A DNA stretch of 59,638 nt, counting the filler. It is 5 parts of 5 records of this genome, joined end to end, with 100 filler letters (N's around TTAATTAATTAA, not from the genome) between each part and the next. Parts side by side here need not be neighbours in the genome. Positions count along the whole stretch, not along the records: positions 39,663 to 45,359 come from SRR31156797_21914; positions 45,460 to 53,306 come from SRR31156797_21933; 3 more parts are not named here. The stretch is one strand, 5' to 3'. Shown in pieces: positions 43,173 through 52,185 of this stretch. Under the pieces are notes generated by a model. It made no database searches, was not told the origin of the DNA, and saw nothing but the letters and a program-made list of their open reading frames with translations. The first letter of the stretch is position 1. The number at the start of each line of letters is the position of its first letter. Made by a program: the position numbers and the translations under genes.

Positions 43173-43201
43173 TCTATACCACGGAAGTCACACTCTGTCA
43201 A
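43173..43201 (-). promoter_or_regulatory. putative sigma70 promoter for the deaminase operon
   Basis: On the minus strand, TTGACA-N17-TATAGA with TG just upstream of the -10. The last -10 base is non-consensus. Confidence 0.45.
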
Positions 43202-43203
43202 AA

Positions 43204-44448
43204 TTACATTTGGCGGCCAAAGCGAAGGATATTTTTACCAATTGCCACACCTGTATGGGGTTGCACCCAATCATGTCCCTGATCATCAAAAGGCAGATAA
43301 ACAAGCCCCTCTCCCTTCACCACCGGTCGCACTTTTGGCAAATATGGAAAAATACCTTTGGGACTGGCTGCAGATGCTGCCAGGATAATTTTAATTGCTT
43401 GTCTCCCTTCAGACAAAGATAGAGTCACAGGAAAAAGATCAGTTCCCTTTTTTTCTTGAGCCTTAGGAAGCTTCCACTGCCTTAAAGTAGCCTGGCGCCC
43501 TGCCTGAATAAACACTTTTGGTCTCAACTTAAAGGCAGGGACTAGAAACTCCATTGGTTTCTTTTTCCAATACGGCCGAGCTAACAACGGTTGATTGGTA
43601 CAAACTAAAAAATCAGCATAACTGGCAATATTGAGCGCCGGAATACATGTTTCCAGTTTCCAGAAAGGGAGGTACAAAGGAGCATGTGCGTCACCATCCA
43701 CTACCTTAAAAGGCACCTCTTTCATATCTTTGCCCTCCATTTCCCAACAACGATCACAAACAAAGCAGTGCGCCACAAGGGAGTCGGATGCGCCTTCTAC
43801 TTCAGAGCCGCAATGAGGACACAAAGAGGCCAAGAAGCCGGGCTGCCACTGTGGATTGAAACGAGTAAACCTGAGCGCTTTATCACTAAGACGGGTGCCT
43901 GTATCAACTGAAAGGCAAGAGCGATTGACAGCATCAAGCACACCCTGGTCAGTCTGTATCAGCGGTAGATAAATCACACTCAAGGTTTCACCAATATACG
44001 CACGATGAAAAAGGTTTTTTCCGGCCTTAGCTGTAAGATGTGAAATCTGTGCAGCCTTATGGAGTATGGCATTGGGATCAAGGGTTCGAACCATAAAGTG
44101 AGCATGGGTGGCTGGATCGAGGTGCTGCAGGCACATAGCCTGTGCCCGGACACCAAGAGATGGAGGCAGGCCGGGTACATTCACTGCCAGTTGAGTGGTA
44201 TCAACAACCTTATGCGAAAGCCCTTTATCAGTAACAAGAAATACCGTTCCCTTAAAACGGATGTATGGGATCAGTAAATAAGGAGCAGCTTTTGCCTCGA
44301 TCTTAGGCGGAAGGAGATAACGAAAGATACCGGGTGGCTGTAAAAAATTTTTAACGCCGCAATAGGAGCAGGTCAACAGTCTATCTGACTCAGTGAGCGT
44401 TGTGGCGGCTCCACATTGCGGGCATTCTTGCGTAACTCTGATGTTCAT
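43204..44448 (-). CDS. hypothetical protein with two zinc ribbons (YdjG-like)
   Basis: CPQC..CSYC and CPHC..CFVC pairs, each followed by a similar PYIRF or LYLPFW segment. Confidence 0.7.
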   Translation of the reverse strand: MNIRVTQECPQCGAATTLTESDRLLTCSYCGVKNFLQPPGIFRYLLPPKIEAKAAPYLLIPYIRFKGTVFLVTDKGLSHKVVDTTQLAVNVPGLPPSLGVRAQAMCLQHLDPATHAHFMVRTLDPNAILHKAAQISHLTAKAGKNLFHRAYIGETLSVIYLPLIQTDQGVLDAVNRSCLSVDTGTRLSDKALRFTRFNPQWQPGFLASLCPHCGSEVEGASDSLVAHCFVCDRCWEMEGKDMKEVPFKVVDGDAHAPLYLPFWKLETCIPALNIASYADFLVCTNQPLLARPYWKKKPMEFLVPAFKLRPKVFIQAGRQATLRQWKLPKAQEKKGTDLFPVTLSLSEGRQAIKIILAASAASPKGIFPYLPKVRPVVKGEGLVYLPFDDQGHDWVQPHTGVAIGKNILRFGRQM

Positions 44449-44476
44449 TTATCCAGACACGAACCGACTGCAAACA

Positions 44477-45359
44477 TCACAGTTTCACCCCACATTGATT
44501 GCAAAATTGTGCGGCTGGTAAATTTTCATTTCCACACTCTCTGCACCGTACAACTTTCGGTTTTTCATTGGTTGAATGGCCACAGCGGGAACAAAACCGT
44601 GCACCTGGTGTTAAATTTTTATCACAGTGCGTACACTGAGTAATAATAAGTTGCTGGTGGCCACAGTAAGGGCAAAACCTTGCGTCTGCCTGTATACTAT
44701 TATCACACTCTTCACAGACAGTTTGAGGTGCCGCACTTTCAACAATCCGCTCACCTCCCCCTCCTCGGTGCATACTAGAAAACAGAGCGGGCATCATCAT
44801 CCCCATCCCCATACCTATCCCAGCTCCGGCTTCCCCACTACCGAGAGCTGCTTTTTCCATAGCCATACCAGCTTTCATCCGCACAAATGTATCCATATCC
44901 TTCAGTAAGCTGAGGCGTCCACTGTCATCGATGGCCTCCTGTACCTCTTGAGGAGGTGTAATCGAGGTGATATACAAATTGTCCAATGCCAGACCAAATC
45001 GTTTAAAATCCTTTACAAGACGCTCCTGCAGGCCGACGGCAAGCTCGTCAAAACTACCGGGCAAGTCAAAAAGGGAATCGAGTTGCTCGCCGATAAAATC
45101 ATTGAACCGAGAAACAATCACCCTTCGCAGGTAATCTTCAATCTGCCGGGTTGTATATTTCCCCATAGTGCCGGCAAGAGTGTTGATAAACAATAAAGGC
45201 TGCACTACTTGGATATTAAATATCCCATGAGCGCGCAGGCGAACCAAGCCCAACTCTGAATCACGAAAGGCCACGGGATCCTTGGTGCCCCATTTGAGAT
45301 TGGTGAATACTTTGAGGTTGATAAAGTATACTTCGGCCCGCAGGGGGCTGGTCATCCCC
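44477..45359 (-). CDS. SPFH/band-7 (YdjI-like) protein with C-terminal zinc ribbons, 5' truncated
   Basis: KWGTKDP, RLRAHG, SITPPQEVQEAID, a GMGMGM linker and three CxxC..FCxxCG repeats. Confidence 0.88.
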
Positions 45360-45459
45360 NNNNNNNNNNNNNNNNNNNNNNNNNNNNNNNNNNNNNNNNN
45401 NNNTTAATTAATTAANNNNNNNNNNNNNNNNNNNNNNNNNNNNNNNNNNNNNNNNNNNN
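45360..45459. other. artificial contig spacer
   Basis: N44-TTAATTAATTAA-N44. Confidence 0.98.
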
Positions 45460-45960
45460 ATTGGATTTTAAAAAGTTTGCAACAGAACCAAAATGTGTTT
45501 CATATTGATAAAATATTAAAACGGGTAACTTACGAAAGAGTAAACCCGACGTATAAAACAAAGAAAACAGTATTAGTGGTTTTGTTAGGATTTTTGTTAA
45601 GATTGACAAGTTTTAATGAATTAAACAGATACATTAAATCCGGCGAATTTGATATATTGTTTTCTAATAATGTGAAGCGACCACAGGTGGACGCAATAAG
45701 AAATACTTTGAAAAAGATAGACCTTAAAGGATTAAGAAGAATAAATAATTTTATATTAAACAAATCTATTAGAAATAAAGTATTTGAGGATGGAACAAGT
45801 AGTATTATATTTAATATTTATAGCTTCAAATTTGTTTCAACTATTTAAAGTAAGGCGGTTAAAGAATCATATTAAAATTCAGATAGAACTTGTGAGATTA
45901 TTAGTTAAAGGATTATATTTATTGGATAAGAGAGATGTCTTAGTAATTAATACTTCATGA
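45460..45960 (+). pseudogene. internally deleted DDE-type transposase remnant (Clostridia-type IS)
   Basis: An N-terminal piece (...RVNPTYKT...GFLLRLTSFNEL...RNKVFEDGT) is followed out of frame by a C-terminal piece at 45799-45960 (VLYLIFIASNLFQLFKVRRLK...KGLYLL...NTS*). Family recognised from memory, not by search. Confidence 0.7.
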
Positions 45961-46224
45961 GTAAAATACAACTTAATAACAATTTTAACTCTATTGAAAA
46001 CGTGGGGTAGGGGAAGAATATTCATTTACGGATTTTGCGAAGTGATTTTTCCACTTAATAACAGAAATATAGCAAAATATTCATAACTATTGAGCAAACC
46101 CGAAATTGCTCTAGATATTGGGTAAAAACGAAATTGCTTGTTTGATAGTCTTTTTGAAACAAAATTATTTTGATAATCAAAAGGGCAAATACAAAATTTT
46201 CTACTAAAAAATGAATTAAATATT

Positions 46225-46303
46225 TAACAAATAAATGTTAGATAAATGTTAGAAGAGTGTTATAAATAACTTGACATATAACAATATGTGTTGTATTATA
46301 ACA
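46225..46303 (+). promoter_or_regulatory. sigmaA promoter with a candidate DeoR-family operator array
   Basis: TTGACA(46271)-N17-TATTAT(46294). TGTTA at 46236, 46247 and 46258. Inverted TAACA at 46225, 46279 and 46299. Confidence 0.75.
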
Positions 46304-46343
46304 ACAGGAAATATTTTTATAATAATTTGTTTGGAGAAGATTA

Positions 46344-47918
46344 ATGGGAAATTACAAATCGAAAGTAATCAAGGAAACATATAGCCAAATAGAAAAACAA
46401 CAGTATGAAGAATTAAAAGATTCTGCTTTGTTAGAACGCTTTGCCGTTTCACGATCTGCTTTGTCAAAGGATTCCTATAGACCAATATATCATTTCACAT
46501 CACCTGAATGTCAATTAAATGATCCTAATGGTCTTTGCTTTTGGAAAGGTAAATGGCATCTTTTTTATCAAGCGTATCCATCTGAGGATTCAAGGCAGCA
46601 TTGGGGCCATGCAGTAAGCGATGATCTTGTGTGTTGGAGGGATTTACCATATGCAATATATCCGGATCCCGAAAAGTGTTGCTATTCCGGTTCGATTTTT
46701 ATAGAAGACAATCGTGCAATTGCTATGTATCATGGTACAGAGTTGGGCAACATGATTGCAATAAGTGATGATGATTTGCTTCTTAATTGGACTAAAATAA
46801 TTGATAATGCAGTAATTCCAATGCATAAAGGACACTATCGACGTATCGCAATGCCATATACAGTGTTTGACCCATGTATCTGGAAAGATGGAGATTACTA
46901 CTATTCTTTATCAGGTGGGGCAACATATCATGAATCGTCTGGACGAAAAAGAAGAGCATTTTCACTTTTCAAATCTAGCGATTTGATAAAATGGAAATAT
47001 ATGCATGAATTTGTTGATAATGATACTATAGATATATTCTCGCATCTTGGAGACGATGGTGCTTGTCCATATTTCTGGCCAATAGGCAAAGAAAAATATA
47101 TTTTGTTTTGTTTCAGTCATATGTCTGGTGGACAGGTAATGATAGGCGAGTATGATAAGATAAATAAAAAATTCATCCCAAGTTCTATACACAGAGCTAA
47201 TTATGGAGCAACTGAACCGGGAGGTGTTCATGCACCTTCTGCCTACCCATGCGGGGATGGTTCAGTAGTTGCAATATATAATATAAATCATGCGAAAGAA
47301 ACCCCTGTTTATAAAGGCATTATGAGTTTGCCTAGAAAGTATACATTGATTGATGATGATTGTTTAAAGATAGAACCTTGGAAAGATATTGAAAATTTAC
47401 GTATGTCAAATACGCATCTTGAGAATGTCCAAATACAGTTAAATGAAGAACATATTTTTGAAAAAATGTTTGGGAATGCAATAGAAATAGATATTAAAGT
47501 AGAAATCAATAATGCATCACTTATTGAGCTGGATGTACTAAGAGCGGATAATAGGAGTGAATATACAAGAATTTGTTTCTATCCGAATAAGGGATTTCGA
47601 CTTACAACGCTATCAAAAAAAGATAATTCTAAAGATTCTATTATATCTATTGATACATCTCACTCAACTACACTGAATGATGTTGAGCTTCGTCCACCGG
47701 AGAATATGCCAGTATATTTGGGAAATGAGAAAGAATTGAATTTGAGGATATTCATAGATAAAAGTGTGGTGGAAGTATTTGTGAATTCCATAGCTTGTGC
47801 TACGGTTAGAGTATATCCTTCAAGCCCTAATAGTAATGGTATATCGATTAAATCATTAGGTGATAATATTAAAATTAAATCAATGGATGTATATCAAATG
47901 AAACAAGTTATTAAATAA
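46344..47918 (+). CDS. glycoside hydrolase family 32-like protein with a non-canonical active site
   Basis: YHF...NDPNG, WHLFYQ, WGHAVS and YSGS motifs, a beta-sandwich motif IFIDKSVVEVF, and FDP / ACP in place of RDP / ECP. Confidence 0.88.
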   Translation: MGNYKSKVIKETYSQIEKQQYEELKDSALLERFAVSRSALSKDSYRPIYHFTSPECQLNDPNGLCFWKGKWHLFYQAYPSEDSRQHWGHAVSDDLVCWRDLPYAIYPDPEKCCYSGSIFIEDNRAIAMYHGTELGNMIAISDDDLLLNWTKIIDNAVIPMHKGHYRRIAMPYTVFDPCIWKDGDYYYSLSGGATYHESSGRKRRAFSLFKSSDLIKWKYMHEFVDNDTIDIFSHLGDDGACPYFWPIGKEKYILFCFSHMSGGQVMIGEYDKINKKFIPSSIHRANYGATEPGGVHAPSAYPCGDGSVVAIYNINHAKETPVYKGIMSLPRKYTLIDDDCLKIEPWKDIENLRMSNTHLENVQIQLNEEHIFEKMFGNAIEIDIKVEINNASLIELDVLRADNRSEYTRICFYPNKGFRLTTLSKKDNSKDSIISIDTSHSTTLNDVELRPPENMPVYLGNEKELNLRIFIDKSVVEVFVNSIACATVRVYPSSPNSNGISIKSLGDNIKIKSMDVYQMKQVIK

Positions 47919-47933
47919 AAAAGGGGTAAATAT

Positions 47934-48677
47934 ATGAATGAAAGACAAAAAAAAATAATCGAAATGCTTGATGAACAAGGAGAAGTATCTATTTCTACAT
48001 TAGCGAAATATTTGAATGTATCCGAGATGACTATTCATAGAGACCTCAATGACCTTGATGAAAAAGGGCTTTTAAGGAAAAAACGCGGTGGAGCGGTATT
48101 TATTGAGGCTACTCCAGAAACTATCAAGGATCCATATATTGAACACAAACAGGCTATTGCTAAGGAAGCTGCTAAACTAATACAATCCGGAGATTCTATT
48201 ATATTTGATAACAGTACAACTGCATTTGAGGTAGCAAAGGTGCTTGATAAAAGTGCAAAACTAAATATCTTTACTACGAATTTAAGTGTGTCAAATGTAG
48301 TTAAAGATTATCCGAATGTTACTTTGTATTGCTCCGGAGGATTGTATTTAAAAGCATCAACAGGCTTTGTTGGAAAATTCTGTGAACATTTCCTGTCATC
48401 CATTCATGCAACAAAAGCTGTGATTGGGACTAGTGGAATATCTACTAAGCATGGTTTGACCAGTCCTTATCCGATGCATGCAGCACTAGAAAGGATAATT
48501 ATTAATAAAGCGGAGACTGTTATTGTGGTTGCAGATCATACAAAATTTAATAAAGTTGCTATAGAAAAAGCTGGCGACATATCTGATATTGATTACATAA
48601 TTACTGATTCAGTGGTTGATGAAGAGATATATAAGGAAATGAGTACAATATCAAAGTTTATAATTGCTAAAGTATAA
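47934..48677 (+). CDS. DeoR/GlpR family transcriptional regulator
   Basis: ERQKKI...VSEMTIHRDL...GGA helix-turn-helix, DNSTT and ADHTKF. Confidence 0.95.
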   Translation: MNERQKKIIEMLDEQGEVSISTLAKYLNVSEMTIHRDLNDLDEKGLLRKKRGGAVFIEATPETIKDPYIEHKQAIAKEAAKLIQSGDSIIFDNSTTAFEVAKVLDKSAKLNIFTTNLSVSNVVKDYPNVTLYCSGGLYLKASTGFVGKFCEHFLSSIHATKAVIGTSGISTKHGLTSPYPMHAALERIIINKAETVIVVADHTKFNKVAIEKAGDISDIDYIITDSVVDEEIYKEMSTISKFIIAKV

Positions 48678-48868
48678 AACATAAAGTTTAGCATCTGTAA
48701 ATACATGTTAAATATCACATATTTAAAAGAGTGGTAATAAATTGAATATAGTGAAAAAACACTATCTAAGTTTATGCACTTTGATAAAGAAGAAAACTAA
48801 ACATAGGAAGGAGGTTTAGGAGAAATTACTAAAAACTAATCTTCAAATTATTTAAAGGAGGAAACGTT

Positions 48869-50209
48869 ATGGATAAATTTAAAAAAATTATTGTTTTGAT
48901 CATTGCTTTGGCTATGATGCTTAGCGTAGTAGCATGTGATAAACAAGAACCGACAAATGAGAACGAAACAAAAACAGAAGAGACGCAAACAGAGGAAGTG
49001 CAGACAGAGGAAGTTGCTGAACCTATAGAGCTAGTATATGTAGGTTATGGTGACGAAATAACATACCAAATAACACAAGATGTTACAGAGAAATTTGAAG
49101 AAGAACATGAAGGTGTAACAGTTAAGGTTGAATTTGCACCAGTAGGAACCTGGGGAGAATTTTCAAACAAACTGACTACCCGTATAGCAGGTGGAGAGAG
49201 CATTGACCTAATTGGAGTTGCGATTGAAGGCACAAGGCTCCTAGTAGATAAAGGTTTACTCGCCCCATTAGATGATTATATAGCAAATGATCCAAATTCA
49301 CAAGAATTATTAGATGATGTAGCGCCAGCTTTATTAGAAGCTTTTACTGTTGATGATAAATTATATGAAATACCAAGAGAATGGAATAGTATGGTAGTTG
49401 TTTATAATACAAAAATATTCGATGAAGCTGGTCTCGAGTATCCCTCAGCTGACTGGACATGGGATGAATTTGTTGAAATCGCACAAAAATTAACAACAGG
49501 TGAAGGGGAAGATAAGGTTTGGGGGTTTGCTAACTATTATGGACCCATTCAAACTATGCCTTGGTTTATATCAAATGGTACATCTATACTAGATGAAAAT
49601 ATGGAAAATTCTTTATTGGGCAGCCCTGAAGCGGCAGAAAGTATGCAGTTTGTAAATGATTTAATATATAAATATAAGTGCACACCAGCTTTGGAATCAG
49701 GAACGAATATAATACAGCTATTTTCAGCCGGACGTTTCGCTATGATTGGTGGCTGGCAAGGTTTATTTCCATCATTTCAATCAAGTGATTTCACAGATTT
49801 TGATATCCAAGTCTGGCCTGTTAATAAGACCGGTGCATCAAGAACGATTATTGGTGTAGGTGGTATTGGTATATCAGAAAGCAGTCAAAACAAAGAACTA
49901 GCTTATGAGTATTTAAGAGCTTTGACAGCTAAAGAAGCTATTCAGGAAGCAGCAGACAGTGGATCAGCTATACCTGGCCGTGAATCAGCAGGAACAAGCG
50001 ATACGTTCTTGAGTTATGCGGAAAATTCAACAATTATGTATGAAGGTGCATATACTGGTGTTCCTATGCCATCACCAAAGAATTTTCCTGAGATGGAACA
50101 AATTTTTATGAGATACTTTGATATAATGGTTAATTCTGAGATGGATGTTACAGAAGTTATGGCAGATTTGCATCAAGAATTACAAGATGCAATGAATGCA
50201 CAAAAATAA
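48869..50209 (+). CDS. carbohydrate ABC transporter substrate-binding lipoprotein
   Basis: Lipobox VVAC, acidic TEE linker, YNTKIFDEAG and WTWDEF motifs. Confidence 0.92.
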   Translation: MDKFKKIIVLIIALAMMLSVVACDKQEPTNENETKTEETQTEEVQTEEVAEPIELVYVGYGDEITYQITQDVTEKFEEEHEGVTVKVEFAPVGTWGEFSNKLTTRIAGGESIDLIGVAIEGTRLLVDKGLLAPLDDYIANDPNSQELLDDVAPALLEAFTVDDKLYEIPREWNSMVVVYNTKIFDEAGLEYPSADWTWDEFVEIAQKLTTGEGEDKVWGFANYYGPIQTMPWFISNGTSILDENMENSLLGSPEAAESMQFVNDLIYKYKCTPALESGTNIIQLFSAGRFAMIGGWQGLFPSFQSSDFTDFDIQVWPVNKTGASRTIIGVGGIGISESSQNKELAYEYLRALTAKEAIQEAADSGSAIPGRESAGTSDTFLSYAENSTIMYEGAYTGVPMPSPKNFPEMEQIFMRYFDIMVNSEMDVTEVMADLHQELQDAMNAQK

Positions 50210-50268
50210 GAAAGTAATAGATAATAGGTGGCATTTTATACCACCTATTGATTTTTCTAGGAGGAGAA

Positions 50269-51168
50269 ATGAAAACGAAAAGGACGAAAATGGATAGATT
50301 GAGTAGAAACGAAGCAATTAGCGGATACTTATTTATATTGCCGTTTATGATTCCGTTTATTGCCTTCATACTCATGTCAATAGTTGCAGCATTGGGCTTA
50401 AGTATGACTGATTATAATTTATTAGAGAGTCCCAATATAGTAGGATTTAAAAATTTTGTAAAACTTATTAATGACTCTAGGATGTGGAAATCGCTTGGAA
50501 ACTCATTAAGATTTACTATCCTATCAGTATTCATTACTAATTTTATAGGATTGATTTTAGCACTTATGATTAATAGAAAAATACCAAAGTCAGTAAGTTA
50601 TTTTATAAGACTATTATATTTTCTACCGGTAATTGTAGCATATGCTTACATTTCATTAATATGGGGCAATTTATTATCAAAAGATACTGGAATTATAAAT
50701 TATTATTTGAGTAAAATTGGAATTGAGCCAATAGGCTGGTTACGTGACATGAAATTTGCACTATATTCAATAGTAATGATTGATGTATGGAAAAACAGCG
50801 GGTTGGCAATGATTATATATCTGGCGGGACTTCAAAGTATATCTCCTGAATTATATGAAGCTGCAAGAATTGATGGGGCAAATGGATTTAGGGTGCTAAT
50901 AAAAATAACATTACCATTACTTGCTCATGTAATAACTTTTAATTTCATAATCTTTATGATAAATGCAATACAAATTTTTGATCCTATTAAATTACTTACT
51001 AATGGAGGGCCTGGTGATGCTTCCAGAAGTTTAGTGTTATATATATATGACAATTTCGCACAAATGAAAATGGGATATTCGTCTGCAGTATCCATAATGC
51101 TTTTATTAATTATAATGCTATTTACATTGGTAGAATTTAAAATTAGCGACAAGCTAACAAAAATATAA
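50269..51168 (+). CDS. carbohydrate ABC transporter permease
   Basis: EAA loop LYEAARIDGA. AGGAGG ribosome-binding site before ATG 50269. Confidence 0.93.
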   Translation: MKTKRTKMDRLSRNEAISGYLFILPFMIPFIAFILMSIVAALGLSMTDYNLLESPNIVGFKNFVKLINDSRMWKSLGNSLRFTILSVFITNFIGLILALMINRKIPKSVSYFIRLLYFLPVIVAYAYISLIWGNLLSKDTGIINYYLSKIGIEPIGWLRDMKFALYSIVMIDVWKNSGLAMIIYLAGLQSISPELYEAARIDGANGFRVLIKITLPLLAHVITFNFIIFMINAIQIFDPIKLLTNGGPGDASRSLVLYIYDNFAQMKMGYSSAVSIMLLLIIMLFTLVEFKISDKLTKI

Positions 51169-51181
51169 AGTGAGGTAAATC

Positions 51182-52033
51182 ATGTCTTCTATTCATAGAA
51201 ATAAAATTAAAAAGAAAATATTTAGTATCTTTGCAATTGTTATAATTCTGGTACTAGGTATAATATTCATTTCTCCATTTACATGGATTTTATCAACTTC
51301 TTTCAGGGATGTTAGCGAAGCATATAAGTTACCTCCAAGATTGATACCAGATGAAATTCATTTTAGAAATTATTATACTGTTATTAATTCTGAAATACCT
51401 TTCTTAAGATTTTTTTTAAACAGTATTAAAATTACTTCAATAGTGTTAATTTTGCAATTAATGCTGTGTTCACTTGCAGGTTATGCTTTTGCGAGGCTAA
51501 AATTCCCGGGCAAAAAAATTCTTTTTATGATTATTTTAGGATCAATGATGATTCCTTTTCAAGTAACTGTAATTCCAATTTATATAGTAATGAGCAAACT
51601 GAATTTAGTAAATAGTCATACTTCTATTATATTGTTATCAATAACAAGTGCTTTTGGTGTTTTTCTTTTACGTCAATTTTTTCTTTCAATACCAAAGGAA
51701 ATAGAAGAATCTGGCAGGATTGATGGAGCTTCAAATTTTCTGATATTTTGGAGATTAATGCTGCCACAAGCCAGTGCAGCACTTGCAACTTTAGGAATAT
51801 TAACTTTCAATGCATCATGGAATGATTATTTTAAACCGCTGCTTTTTCTTAATGAGTGGAGTAAAATGACAATGCCATTGGGAATAAGTGCACTACAGAG
51901 TTTTTTGTCTTCAGGAAACCAAGCTGTTATAATGGCGGCTGTCATATTGGCGATTCTCCCAGTTTTTATCTTTTTCTTACTCGGTCAAAACTTTTTTATC
52001 GAAGGCATGACTGTTGGTTCGGTAAAAGGATAA
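51182..52033 (+). CDS. carbohydrate ABC transporter permease
   Basis: IPKEIEESGRIDGA, AGYAFAR and GSVKG C-terminus. Confidence 0.93.
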   Translation: MSSIHRNKIKKKIFSIFAIVIILVLGIIFISPFTWILSTSFRDVSEAYKLPPRLIPDEIHFRNYYTVINSEIPFLRFFLNSIKITSIVLILQLMLCSLAGYAFARLKFPGKKILFMIILGSMMIPFQVTVIPIYIVMSKLNLVNSHTSIILLSITSAFGVFLLRQFFLSIPKEIEESGRIDGASNFLIFWRLMLPQASAALATLGILTFNASWNDYFKPLLFLNEWSKMTMPLGISALQSFLSSGNQAVIMAAVILAILPVFIFFLLGQNFFIEGMTVGSVKG

Positions 52034-52185
52034 AAAGACTAATGTGATTCTGTAAGAAAGCAATACAGAAAGGTATATGCTTCAGGAATAATTGTTTAAG
52101 CAAGATAGAAAATAAATTACAAAAGATGTGTTTGCAGAATATTAACTCATCTATTATAAATTAATGATATTACAAAGGATAAAAT

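Noticed and set aside
48970..49015. Short 15-bp-period repeats encoding TEETQ/TEEVQ/TEEV
   Set aside because: Ordinary low-complexity linker after a lipoprotein Cys.
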